DNA of 49,994 bases from Myxococcota bacterium (GTDB taxonomy: Bacteria; Myxococcota_A; Polyangia; Nannocystales; Nannocystaceae). Below the pieces are notes generated by a model, which was not told the origin of the DNA, did no database searches, and worked only from the letters and a program-made list of their open reading frames with translations. The stretch lies in the NCBI GenBank assembly GCA_039028615.1, contig JBCCHT010000062.1, positions 1 to 49,994 of the forward strand, given 5' to 3'. A program made the position numbers and the translations under genes. Of this stretch, positions 37,504 to 46,573 are shown in pieces (position 1 is the stretch's first letter; every line of letters starts with the position of its first letter).

Positions 37504-38223
37504 CTACTGCACGGTGAGCTGGAAGTCGATGTCGACGTCGACGTCACCCGGCAGGGCACCGTCCATCGCGAACACGTCCTCGAGGCCCGGGGTCTTGATC
37601 GGCTCGTCGTTGAGCGGGGGCATGTGCTGCAGTCGCACCGAGAAGGTGCCCATCCCGGCCGTGGTGGCCTCGATGGTGTTGGCCAGCCCGACGGGCAGAT
37701 CTTCGCCGGTGTCGTCGTGGCCGTAGGTGCTCTCGGTGTCGGCGTAGGCGTGGGTCACCAGCGGGGCGTCCGACGAGGTCGAGGCGGGCCCGGTGACCGT
37801 GTCGCCGCTGATGAAGACCTGGTGCTCTTCGGCCTCTTCCTGGATCTCCGCGGTGACGTCCTCGACCGGGTCGACCAGCTCGTTGGTGAACGACAGGGTC
37901 AGGTCGTAGGTCGTGCCCGCGGCGAGGGTGATGGGGTCGGCCGAGCCGGAGGCACCGCCGTCGCCGTCGGGGTCGGTGAAGGCAGCCGTGACCGGGGTGC
38001 CTTCGCCCTGCGGCGTGAAGGTGAGGGTGACGGTGGTGATGACCTCGGTCTCGTCGTGTTCGTGACCGTGGTCGTCATGGCCGTGATCGTCGTGGCCGTG
38101 GTCGTCGTGGCCGTCGCTCTCCGCCTCGCTCTCGGCGGAGGCGCCGTCGTCGGCACATCCCCCAATGGCGAGGGCAGCGGCGAACCCGGCGCTGATGAAA
38201 AAGCGGTTGGTGAGCGATTTCAT
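37504..38223 (-). CDS. His-rich lipoprotein, probable metal (Zn) binding
   Basis: Lipobox AIGGC. (HDDHG)3-HEH tract. EVITTVTLTF...DPDGDG...EIQEEAEEHQVF...PVGL...RLQH, reminiscent of an uncharacterised lipoprotein family I recall mainly from Bacteroidota. Start ATG 38223. Confidence 0.8.
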   Translation of the reverse strand: MKSLTNRFFISAGFAAALAIGGCADDGASAESEAESDGHDDHGHDDHGHDDHGHEHDETEVITTVTLTFTPQGEGTPVTAAFTDPDGDGGASGSADPITLAAGTTYDLTLSFTNELVDPVEDVTAEIQEEAEEHQVFISGDTVTGPASTSSDAPLVTHAYADTESTYGHDDTGEDLPVGLANTIEATTAGMGTFSVRLQHMPPLNDEPIKTPGLEDVFAMDGALPGDVDVDIDFQLTVQ

Positions 38224-38246
38224 GGTGTTCAGGTCTATTTCATAGC

Positions 38247-38273
38247 TGCAAGTGTATTGCAAGTGCATCTTCA
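38247..38273. promoter_or_regulatory. Putative Zur/Fur-family operator, site 1
   Basis: TGCAA-GTGTA-TTGCA (38247-38261) plus an overlapping degenerate copy at an 11-bp offset. 23 bp upstream of the lipoprotein ATG. Confidence 0.65.
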
Positions 38274-38286
38274 TGTCGGTGCACGC

Positions 38287-38790
38287 TCAGTCGCAACAGC
38301 GAGCGTTGCGCCGCGACGCACGAATCGTCCACAGGTGGCCGCCGACGAGGACCAACCCGCTGAGCGCTCCCAGCCATGCACCGAAGACGTGGTCACCGTC
38401 ATGACGGTGCGACTGCGGCGCTGCATCGTCGCCCGCGTGGTCGTCGTGTGAAGCATGATCGGCATGTTCGTCGGGGGCCGCGTGGTCCTCCTCGAGCACA
38501 CGAGCGGTCAGCAATCCGAGCATGCCGAGGAGCAGCGCGGCTGCGATCCACGGGGAGCGATGGTGACGCCAGCCATATCCTAGAGACAGCGACGCGAAGA
38601 TGATGGCGACGATGGTGAAGCCCCACTCGACCCGAGGGCCGAGCAGCACTTCCAGACCGAGCAAACCCAGGACGCCGGGCAGGGCCGCACAGATCACGCA
38701 GTGGACCGCACAGAGCCCGCTGGCCGCGATGCCGATCGGGTCGGGGGTGGGTCGAGTCGACGACGGGTCGGGGGAGGGGGCTCCGGCCAT
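38287..38790 (-). CDS. MerC-domain membrane protein with His-rich loop
   Basis: DPIGIAASGLCAVHCV (MerC signature), GWRHH, His/Asp-rich insert, GHLW, C-terminal CCD. Confidence 0.85.
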   Translation of the reverse strand: MAGAPSPDPSSTRPTPDPIGIAASGLCAVHCVICAALPGVLGLLGLEVLLGPRVEWGFTIVAIIFASLSLGYGWRHHRSPWIAAALLLGMLGLLTARVLEEDHAAPDEHADHASHDDHAGDDAAPQSHRHDGDHVFGAWLGALSGLVLVGGHLWTIRASRRNARCCD

Positions 38791-38811
38791 GGGCGAAGGA
38801 CGCTAGTGCGT

Positions 38812-38838
38812 TGGAGGTCTAATTGCAATCGAATTGCA
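38812..38838. promoter_or_regulatory. Putative Zur/Fur-family operator, site 2
   Basis: TGCAA-TCGAA-TTGCA (38824-38838) with an adjacent degenerate half. Lies between the divergent MerC-like and yhhQ genes. Confidence 0.65.
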
Positions 38839-38889
38839 GGTAGGCGTCTCGACTCGACGCCGCGGAGGAACTGGTCGAATCTCGGCCTC

Positions 38890-39591
38890 ATGAGCGAGGC
38901 GACCGCCCCGGAGTATAACCCGTCCCGCCGGGACCGGGTATTCGTCGTTCTGGCGGGCATCTTCGTGACCCATGCCCTGCTGGGCGAGATGACCGGCGGC
39001 AAGCTCATCGTGCTCGGCGGCTTCACGATGAGCATCGGCGTCATCCCGTGGCCCGCGGTGTTCGTGACCACCGACCTGGTCAACGAGTACTACGGCCCCA
39101 AGGCGGTGCGGCGCCTGACCTGGCTGGCGATGGGGCTCATCGCCTACGCCTTCGTGCTGCTGTGGTTGTGCATGCAGGTGCCCGCGGCCGGCATCTCTCC
39201 GGTCACGGGTGAAGCCTTCGACATGGTCTTCGGACAGTCGATGGGGATCATCATCGGGTCGATCACCGCGTTCGCCGTCAGTCAGCTCCTCGACGCCGCC
39301 GTGTTCGTGCTGCTGCGCAACCGGACCGCGGGCAAGCTCCTGTGGCTCCGCGCGGTGGGGTCGACGGTGGTCTCTCAGCTGATCGACTCGTTCATCGTGA
39401 CCTTCATTGCCTTCGTCTTCTTCGGCACGATGACGTTTGCCGAAGGGGCCGAGGTCTCGGTCACCAACTACGTCTACAAGTTCCTCATCGCGATCGGGAC
39501 GCTGCCGGTGATCTATGCCGGCCACGGGATCATGGACCGCTACCTGCGTGGGGACGAACGCGCGACGACGACGGGCGGATCTACGACCTGA
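38890..39591 (+). CDS. yhhQ: Queuosine precursor transporter (YhhQ/Vut_1)
   Basis: GVIPWPAVFVTTDLVNEYYGPK, GSITAFAVSQLLD, WLRAVGSTVVSQLIDS, YVYK. Confidence 0.9.
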   Translation: MSEATAPEYNPSRRDRVFVVLAGIFVTHALLGEMTGGKLIVLGGFTMSIGVIPWPAVFVTTDLVNEYYGPKAVRRLTWLAMGLIAYAFVLLWLCMQVPAAGISPVTGEAFDMVFGQSMGIIIGSITAFAVSQLLDAAVFVLLRNRTAGKLLWLRAVGSTVVSQLIDSFIVTFIAFVFFGTMTFAEGAEVSVTNYVYKFLIAIGTLPVIYAGHGIMDRYLRGDERATTTGGSTT

Positions 39592-39757
39592 ACGTGCCCG
39601 TAGGCCGCGTTTGTCGGGCGTCGCGGCCGGAAGTCCCGGCCTTGTCGGGTACGACAGTTTCGTGTCCGTGCACCGTGATGCACGAACGCGGACCTTCGTC
39701 ACGCGAAGCTTCGTGCACATCTTGGCAGGGGGATCGGCGCTGCTAGCTTGACCCGTC

Positions 39758-42163
39758 ATGGTGTCGGATTCGTCGACGAGCCCCCCGCTCGACTCATTGA
39801 GCGCGCGGGTGTCCCAACTCGCGATCGCGCTCGAAGGCCTCACCGGTCGCATGGATCGGATCGAGCGTGCGTTGTCCGAAAGGGGCGTTCCCGGACCCGC
39901 AGAGCCCTCTGCGGCCGTGGTGCCCGAAACCCCGCGCGCGCCGAGCCTCGACGCGCAGCCCGTGCTCACTCCGGATGGAACGGTGATCCCCGCGTCCGTC
40001 GCGAGTCCGCCCGTCGCGATGAACCCGGCTGCAGGCGCGAGTCTGCCAGTCGGAGCGACGATCGCGAGCCCGGCCGGGGCGGTGCCGTCCCACGCCCCGA
40101 GCCTCGCTGCTCAGCCGCGACCTCCCGCGTCGGCGGTGGCCGCATCGGGCGGCGCCCTCCCGGCCTCGGGCCCTCGACCTCGCTTCGCGCCGTCCCCTTC
40201 GCTGCACGGTGATCGAGACCACAGCGCCCCGTTGTGGTGGCAGGTGGGAGGCCTGCAATCGGTGAGCCCGGAGCGGTTTCCCATCGTGGCCCTGGCCGCG
40301 GCGGGTGGCTTGGCCGTGCTGGCAGGCATGCTCTTTTTCGTCTGGTACGCGGTCGACCAAGGCTGGCTGTCCCCGACCACGCGACTGATGCTCGGAGGTA
40401 TTGCCGGACTCGCGGCGATCGTGGGGGCGTGGCCCTTGGCGCGCCGTCACCCGTCGGCCGCGGGCGGCCTGGGCGGAGCCGGGCTCGGCACATGGTTCGT
40501 GGTGTGGACGGTGGCGCGACACGTGCACGACGTGGTCGGAGCCACCACGACCTTTGCCGGGCTGGCCAGCGCCGCGCTCTTGTGCCTGGTCGTGGCCGGT
40601 CATCGGCACCTGCGACTGATGGCGGTGCTGGGGGCGTTGGCGGCCTTCGCCACGCCCTTGGCCGCATCGACGGGCGCCGACCGCTTGCACGAGCTGATGC
40701 TCTACCAGCTGGTGATCATGGGCGCGTTGGTGGCTCTCGAGCGCATCCGTCGTTGGCCCGAGCTCGGTCATATGGCGCTGGTGGGGACCGGGCTGCTGAT
40801 GGCCGGATGGGCGGGCGACCACCTCAACGCGGGCAGCCACGATCGATTGCTCGGCTGGAGCCTGACCCTGCTGGTGGCGGTGACCGCCCAGACGGTGCAG
40901 CTGCGCATGACCGGCTTTTCCTCGGCCCATGCCGCGCTGCGTCAGCTGGCGGGGGGCTTGTTCGTGTGGTCGCTGGTCGGCGCCGCCGCTTGGGATCGAC
41001 CCGAGCTGTTGGCCGGCCTCACGCTGGGCATGGGCCTGTGGCATCTGGCCCTGGCCGCGTGGTCGACTCGACGCGGGGAGGGGGGCGGCCTCGATACCGT
41101 CGCGCTCGGTCTGGGTTGGGCCCAGCTGTTCGCCTTCGGTCCGCTCTTCTTCGACGACTGGGGCATGGCGTGGTGGTGGCTGGCCCAAGCCACGCTCGGC
41201 GCCGCGACGGTCGCGTTCCGGCCCGGCTGGACCCCGGTGCGCCTGATGATCTTGCCGCTGGTCGGCCTGTACGGCTGGGTCTTCGACACGAGCTGGCACG
41301 AGCTCGGCCTGACCTTGGGCCTGCTGGGATCCGCGGTGGTGGTGCTGGTCGGGCTGTGGCCCGGTCCGCGCCGCGACGAGCTGCCCGCCGACACGGCCGA
41401 AGGGGCAGGGCAGTGGGCGCCCGCGCTGCTGGTGTTCGGCGCGGTATTGGCCGGCCTGGTGGCGGAGGAGCACTTGCTCGTCGGCGATCGCATCTACGCG
41501 CCGCTCCTCGTGCTGGGCGTGGGCGCGCTCGCGACCCTTCGCTGCACGCTGCGCTACGAGTACTGGCGCGCTCGCGGGACGGTGCTGGCGATCAGCGTCG
41601 CGCTTTCGTGGGCGACGTACCACCTCATCGAAGGCGGCCTGTTTCATCGGGCCACCGAGGGCGGGCCACGCTTGGTGATCGCGGGGACCTGTGTCGCGGT
41701 GGCGGCCACGGCCTACGCGTTGCTCCGGCGCCTGCGGGCCGGCGACGGCTCGGCGCACCGCGACGAGCAGACCCACGACATGACCGGCATCCTCGTGGCG
41801 CTCGGCGTGGTGATCGCGGTCCAGATGCTGGTGACCCATGGAGTGTTCGCGACGGTGACCGACACGCCCGATCGCTGGTCGATCAACGTGGCCAGCGTCA
41901 GCGTGGTCGGGGCGGTGGCCACCCTGCTCGGGTTGGTGCTCGGGCTGCGACTGCGCCGAGAGGCCTGGCGCAAGCTCGCGCTCGGGGGGCTCGCCGTGGT
42001 CGCGGCCAAGGTGGTCTTCATCGACCTCTCCGAGGTGGGCATCGCCTATCGCGTGCTCAGCTTCGTGGGCCTGGGCGCCTGCCTGCTGCTGGGGGCCATC
42101 GCCTACGGCCGCGCGCTCGCTCGCAGCACGGCGTCCGATTCCCTCCCGGACCACAACGGGTGA
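39758..42163 (+). CDS. DUF2339 family multipass membrane protein
   Basis: N-terminal coiled coil and Pro-rich linker, GMLFFVWYAVDQGWLSP, many TM segments, C-terminal KVVFIDLSEVGIAYRVLSFVGLG. Confidence 0.85.
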   Translation: MVSDSSTSPPLDSLSARVSQLAIALEGLTGRMDRIERALSERGVPGPAEPSAAVVPETPRAPSLDAQPVLTPDGTVIPASVASPPVAMNPAAGASLPVGATIASPAGAVPSHAPSLAAQPRPPASAVAASGGALPASGPRPRFAPSPSLHGDRDHSAPLWWQVGGLQSVSPERFPIVALAAAGGLAVLAGMLFFVWYAVDQGWLSPTTRLMLGGIAGLAAIVGAWPLARRHPSAAGGLGGAGLGTWFVVWTVARHVHDVVGATTTFAGLASAALLCLVVAGHRHLRLMAVLGALAAFATPLAASTGADRLHELMLYQLVIMGALVALERIRRWPELGHMALVGTGLLMAGWAGDHLNAGSHDRLLGWSLTLLVAVTAQTVQLRMTGFSSAHAALRQLAGGLFVWSLVGAAAWDRPELLAGLTLGMGLWHLALAAWSTRRGEGGGLDTVALGLGWAQLFAFGPLFFDDWGMAWWWLAQATLGAATVAFRPGWTPVRLMILPLVGLYGWVFDTSWHELGLTLGLLGSAVVVLVGLWPGPRRDELPADTAEGAGQWAPALLVFGAVLAGLVAEEHLLVGDRIYAPLLVLGVGALATLRCTLRYEYWRARGTVLAISVALSWATYHLIEGGLFHRATEGGPRLVIAGTCVAVAATAYALLRRLRAGDGSAHRDEQTHDMTGILVALGVVIAVQMLVTHGVFATVTDTPDRWSINVASVSVVGAVATLLGLVLGLRLRREAWRKLALGGLAVVAAKVVFIDLSEVGIAYRVLSFVGLGACLLLGAIAYGRALARSTASDSLPDHNG

Positions 42164-42196
42164 AACATCGGCGGCACGGCGCGGGACAATGTCACG

Positions 42197-42766
42197 ATGA
42201 CCTCTGCGATCTCGTCCTGGCGCCGGCCGGCCGCGGTGTTCTTGCTGACCGCTGCGTTCTCCAGCGGTTGCGATCTGTCCACCAAGACCTGGGCCCAATC
42301 CACGCTCGAGGTCCCCGGGGGCTCCATGACCGTGGTCGACCCCTGGCTGCAGTTTTCGCTGGCCTACAATCGCGGTACGGCGTTCAGCCTGATCCCGCAC
42401 CTGGGCGAGGCGCGCTTTTTGTTCGCCGTCTTGGCCCTCGTGGTCTGCGGCGCGCTGCTGTGGATGGCGCTTCGGCGGCGCCCGGTGAGTCGGCTCGAGC
42501 TGCTCGCGCTGGGCACCATCGCGGGCGGGGCGCTGGGCAACGGCTACGACCGAGCCTTTCGCACCACGCCCGCGGGGGACACCGCGGTCATCGACTTCAT
42601 TCGCGTGAACTTCAGCTCCACGCTGAGCTGGCCGACCTTCAACCTGGCCGACGCGTTCATCCTCATCGGGGTGGGCGTGGTGCTGTGGCTGGAGATCAGG
42701 CGGCCGCCGACGCCCGACGATCTCGACGCCACGGCCACGACGCCAGCGACAGCAGCCCAAAGTTGA
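42197..42766 (+). CDS. lspA: Lipoprotein signal peptidase II
   Basis: DLSTK, NRGTAFS, GGALGNGYDR, VIDFI, TFNLADAFI; both catalytic Asp residues present. Confidence 0.93.
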   Translation: MTSAISSWRRPAAVFLLTAAFSSGCDLSTKTWAQSTLEVPGGSMTVVDPWLQFSLAYNRGTAFSLIPHLGEARFLFAVLALVVCGALLWMALRRRPVSRLELLALGTIAGGALGNGYDRAFRTTPAGDTAVIDFIRVNFSSTLSWPTFNLADAFILIGVGVVLWLEIRRPPTPDDLDATATTPATAAQS

Positions 42767-43688
42767 CCGACATCATCAGGCGGGTGCCGGCCATGAACAC
42801 CACGATCGAGGCCTCGTCCTCGCCGAGGCGCTCGAGCGCCGCCACCCAGCCGCCTTCTTGGAGTCCCAGGCCGCCGGGCGTGATGCCGACCAACCCCGCC
42901 AGCTGAGCCAAGGGAGCCGCGCTCACCAGCACCAAGGGGGCCAGCAGCACGCCGAGGCCCGCGCCCGCGCCGAGGTACTGCACCAGGATTCCGGCGTAGC
43001 GCACCACGCTGAAGCTGACGATCCGGGTGGCCAGCGCGGTGGAGACCTCGGGCATCTCGGGCAAGGCGAGGCCACGGTCGCGCTTGCGAAGCCGACGAAG
43101 CCAGCCGTACAGCAGCAGGGCGACGCGGACCAAGGGGCGCAGCAAAGGGATGCCCAAGGCGACGAAGGCGAGCACCAGCACGGCCAGCGAGGTCCACGGC
43201 TGTACCCACGCCGGGCCCCAGTGCACGGCGACCGCCCACCCGAGCAACACGAGCGGAAGCAGCAGGTCGAGCAGGCGCTCGAGCAGGACGGGGGCGATGA
43301 GCTGGCCCATGCGGCTGTCGCTGCCCGCGGCCTTGAGCGCGGCGGTGCGGCCGAACACGTCGACGATCACCGTGGGCAGGAACTGGCCGACCACCCGGGT
43401 CAGCGCCAAGTAGTGGAAGTAGACCCCGTAGGGCAGGCGGCTGCCGCCCATGGTCTCGGACAGCAGCTTCCAGCGCGCCGCGGTGACCACGGTGGCGATG
43501 AAGCTGCCGAACACGCTGACCAACAGCCACGGCACCTGCACGTCGAGCCGGTCTTCGATGTCCTCCCACGAGGGCGAGACCCAGTACACGAGGGCGGCGA
43601 AGAGCCCGAGCCCCAGCAGCAGCTGGCCGATGGCCTTGGCGACCACCTTGGGGGTGATCGCGGGGCGGCCTTCGCCCGAGTCGCTCAC
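42696..43688 (-). CDS. Lysylphosphatidylglycerol synthase TM / flippase-like membrane protein (UPF0104)
   Basis: ARWKLL, GQFLP, LERLLD, ITPGGLGLQE. Start re-called to GTG 43688, overlapping the upstream TGA. Confidence 0.8.
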   Translation of the reverse strand: MSDSGEGRPAITPKVVAKAIGQLLLGLGLFAALVYWVSPSWEDIEDRLDVQVPWLLVSVFGSFIATVVTAARWKLLSETMGGSRLPYGVYFHYLALTRVVGQFLPTVIVDVFGRTAALKAAGSDSRMGQLIAPVLLERLLDLLLPLVLLGWAVAVHWGPAWVQPWTSLAVLVLAFVALGIPLLRPLVRVALLLYGWLRRLRKRDRGLALPEMPEVSTALATRIVSFSVVRYAGILVQYLGAGAGLGVLLAPLVLVSAAPLAQLAGLVGITPGGLGLQEGGWVAALERLGEDEASIVVFMAGTRLMMSVNFGLLSLASWPWRRDRRASAAA

Positions 43689-44755
43689 GCGTCGGGCTCC
43701 GGGGCGGGGGCGGGCGCCGACTTGCGGCCCAGCACCGCGCGCCAGTCCAGGCCGAGGGTCGACTGCGACCACAGCCCCGCGGCGACGATGGTGCCGAGCT
43801 GACACAGGTACAGGTAGAAGGCGAACACGCTGCCGTCGTCGCGGATGGTGTCCGCGTCGAGCACCAGGTGCAGGCCCAGCGCCACGCCGGTCTGGAAGAT
43901 GCCCATCTGCGCCGGACCGCCGGGGACGAGCAGGGCGATGTTCATCACCGCCATCACCAGCGCGGCGCCAGCCAGGTCGATCGGCAGGCCGCAGCCGCGG
44001 GCGAGGATCCACATGCCGACCGCGTTCGCGGCCCAGTACATCAAGGTGACGCCGAAGAACCCGAGCAGGGGGCCGCCCCGGGGCAGGGCAGCCAGCCCCT
44101 GGGAGACGCCATCGCTGAGCTGAGCCGCCCAACGCCCGGCCCGCGGCAACACGCGGCCGACGGTGGCGTCGATGATTCGACCCATCACGGTGGGGAACAC
44201 CGCCATCGTCACCAGGCCGACGAGCGCCACGCCGAAAAGGGCCATGACCCCGGTGGCGGCCTGGGTGAGCGTGCTCCACTCGGCGTCGGCGTGGCCGGCC
44301 GATGCGAGGAAGAACAGCCCGCAGATCACCAGGCCATCGAGGACGCGCTCGATGGCCACCGTGCCCAGCGCTCGGTTGACGGTGATGTCGCTGCACTGGG
44401 TGAGCAACAGCGGGCGGGCGAACTCGCCGAGCCGAAAGGGCAGCAGCGCGATCCACATGTAGCCGGCCATGCTCACCCGCAGGCTGTCGACGCCGCGCAC
44501 GGTGCCGAGCGGTCGCAGCAGGAAGTGCCATCGTCCCGCGCGCGCCAGGTGGTAGGGGATGAGGGTCAGCAGGTAGACCGGAATCGCCCACGCCGCGATC
44601 GACAGGTCCTCGGGCACGGCCCGTAGGTAGGGCCACAGCGCGGCCGCAAACGCGACGGCCAGGACCAGCGACACCCCGAGCCGCAAGGCGATGCCCAGGC
44701 GCGACGGTCCGCCGGGCTCGGCAGCGTCGGGGGCAGGCTGGGGCGAGGAGGTCAC
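43685..44755 (-). CDS. Lysylphosphatidylglycerol synthase TM / flippase-like membrane protein (UPF0104)
   Basis: RAGRWHFLL, LPFRLGEFARP, IERVLDG, VPGGPAQMGIF. Confidence 0.85.
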   Translation of the reverse strand: MTSSPQPAPDAAEPGGPSRLGIALRLGVSLVLAVAFAAALWPYLRAVPEDLSIAAWAIPVYLLTLIPYHLARAGRWHFLLRPLGTVRGVDSLRVSMAGYMWIALLPFRLGEFARPLLLTQCSDITVNRALGTVAIERVLDGLVICGLFFLASAGHADAEWSTLTQAATGVMALFGVALVGLVTMAVFPTVMGRIIDATVGRVLPRAGRWAAQLSDGVSQGLAALPRGGPLLGFFGVTLMYWAANAVGMWILARGCGLPIDLAGAALVMAVMNIALLVPGGPAQMGIFQTGVALGLHLVLDADTIRDDGSVFAFYLYLCQLGTIVAAGLWSQSTLGLDWRAVLGRKSAPAPAPEPDA

Positions 44756-44851
44756 GGCGCGCGGCAGCGTAGCCCGAAAACCGCGGCCGACGGGCGGTCG
44801 GGTTCGTGAGTCTATCCCGCGGGCTCGGCAGACCCGCCTGCCGGGCGGCGC

Positions 44852-45157
44852 TCAGCCCTGGCGGAAGCGCGAGCGAGACGCGTGCAGCTGCACCAAGGGC
44901 GGCCAGTGCAGCGTGGGGTGCAGGGCTTTGGCGCGGGCGTACAGGGCCTGCTCGGTCTCCACGCGGCCGGGGTCGGGCACGCAGCACAACACCGGGCACG
45001 ACGCCTGGCAGGCCTCGTGGTCATGGAATCCCACGCACTCGGTGCACAGGTCGGGCTCGATGACGTAGAGACCATCGCCCTCGGAGATCGCCTCGTTGGG
45101 GCACTCCGGCAGGCACGCGCCGCAGTTGATGCAGTCCGGGGTGATGTGCGTGGCCAC
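44852..45157 (-). CDS. YfhL-type 2[4Fe-4S] ferredoxin
   Basis: CINCGACLPECPNEAI and CTECVGFHDHEACQASCP. Start GTG 45157. Confidence 0.92.
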   Translation of the reverse strand: MATHITPDCINCGACLPECPNEAISEGDGLYVIEPDLCTECVGFHDHEACQASCPVLCCVPDPGRVETEQALYARAKALHPTLHWPPLVQLHASRSRFRQG

Positions 45158-45179
45158 GCGGGCGCAGCCTAGCAGGCGT

Positions 45180-45608
45180 TCACGTGAGCAGGTGCTCGAC
45201 CGTGCTGCGGACCGCCTCGAAGTGGTCGAGGATCCGGTTGGCATCGACCTGGGCGTCGAGCACGAACGCCAGCACGTAGTGCACGCTCACGGGCGAGAGC
45301 ACCAGGTGCCCGCGCTTGCTCTCGACCAGCGCCACCGGGTTGCCCAGGTCGAGCTTGGCCGCGCTGCGCTCCATGGCGTTGACCGTCTGCCCCACCTGCG
45401 CCCCGATGAGCTGGATGTCGAGCTCGGTGAGGGTCTCGGGGTCGAAGACCCAGTCGATGGCGTAGCCGTCGTCGTCGACCAGCACTGCCCCGCGGGCGCC
45501 GTCGATGTCCATCAGGTTCTCGATGACCCGGCCGAAGTCGCTGCGCATCGCGCTGGGGATCCGCCGCGACAGGTCGCGAAAGCTGCCGAGCTCGCGGGGC
45601 GGGGTCAC
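45180..45608 (-). CDS. Roadblock/LC7 domain protein (MglB/MglC-like)
   Basis: FGRVIENLMDIDGARGAVLVDDDGYAID...DIQLIGAQ...YVLAFVL. GTGA overlap with the upstream stop. Confidence 0.75.
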   Translation of the reverse strand: MTPPRELGSFRDLSRRIPSAMRSDFGRVIENLMDIDGARGAVLVDDDGYAIDWVFDPETLTELDIQLIGAQVGQTVNAMERSAAKLDLGNPVALVESKRGHLVLSPVSVHYVLAFVLDAQVDANRILDHFEAVRSTVEHLLT

Positions 45609-46573
45609 GACTCGTCCTCCGCGGGTCGAGTCATGCGGACCGATCGCTTCTTGCTCAGCGCGTCGAGCTGCTGGTCGAACTGCTGCGCCCGCCAGGCATC
45701 GACGACGGTCTCGCGGAGGAAGGCCTCGGTGTCGGCATCGGCGATCGAGCGGCCGGGCATGTGACCGTCGACGTACACGACGTGCAGCCCAAAGGGGGTG
45801 AAGAAGGGCTCGGAGAACCCCGGGGGCTCGGTCTTGCGGACCACCGAGGCCCAGCTTTCGTGGAAGCGTCGCTCCACGCACTTGCCCGTCGGGTCGGTGG
45901 CGGCACACGCATTGAGGTCGAAGCCGCCGGCCGCGGGAAACTTCAGGGTGAGGCTGGGGTCGTCGAGGGTCCCGCTCAGCCGAACCGCCTGTCCCATGAG
46001 CTTGCAGGCCTCGGCATCTCCCACGGGCACGCTGCGTTTGACGCGAGCGAGCACGGGCTCGAGCGCGCTCATGGCCGCCATCTGCCAGGCGGGCTCGGCG
46101 ATCTGCGCGGCGAGGACGTCGGGGTCGGCCGCCTCCCGGGGCTCGATCACGATCTGACACACTCGGTAGAGCTCGGGGTGGATCAACATCTTGTCGATGC
46201 GCGCCCGCTCCAGCAGGGGATGGTCGTCGGGGATGTCGTCGGGGCCGTGCTCGGGCTCGAACACCTCGGAGATCCACAGCCGGCTCTGGGCGCTGCGGCG
46301 CAGGTGCTCGGCGCGGCGCTCGGTGAGCCCTGGCGGCTCGTTGCGTGCCGCCTGCTCGGCGCGGGCGGCCGCGACCAGGCGGAGGGTCTCGAGTCCGCGA
46401 GCGCGAGCATCGGCCTCCGAAAGCCCGTCGCGCTGCTGCAGCTGCTCGACGACCGTGGCCTCGAGCACCAACGACCCGACCCGCGCGACCGGCTGGCGCG
46501 GCGCGTTCGCGTCGCCGCACGCACTCAGCAGGGTCAGCCCGGCGAGCGATGCGATGCCCGCTCTAGAACGCAA
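45605..46573 (-). CDS. Lipoprotein with SurA/PrsA-like N-domain and divergent parvulin (PpiC) PPIase domain
   Basis: Lipobox LLSAC, PVARVG, GGFDL, GFSEPFFTPFGLHVV (cf. GxxSxPxxTxFGxHII). Start TTG 46573 inferred. Confidence 0.65.
   Translation of the reverse strand: MRSRAGIASLAGLTLLSACGDANAPRQPVARVGSLVLEATVVEQLQQRDGLSEADARARGLETLRLVAAARAEQAARNEPPGLTERRAEHLRRSAQSRLWISEVFEPEHGPDDIPDDHPLLERARIDKMLIHPELYRVCQIVIEPREAADPDVLAAQIAEPAWQMAAMSALEPVLARVKRSVPVGDAEACKLMGQAVRLSGTLDDPSLTLKFPAAGGFDLNACAATDPTGKCVERRFHESWASVVRKTEPPGFSEPFFTPFGLHVVYVDGHMPGRSIADADTEAFLRETVVDAWRAQQFDQQLDALSKKRSVRMTRPAEDES

Noticed and set aside
38056..38115. CRISPR-like or non-coding tandem repeat (15-bp period)
   Set aside because: In-frame coding repeat for HDDHG; no spacers or cas genes anywhere in the window.
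38287..38790. Mercury resistance operon
   Set aside because: Only a MerC-domain gene; no merA, merR, merT or merP, and the context points to metal uptake.
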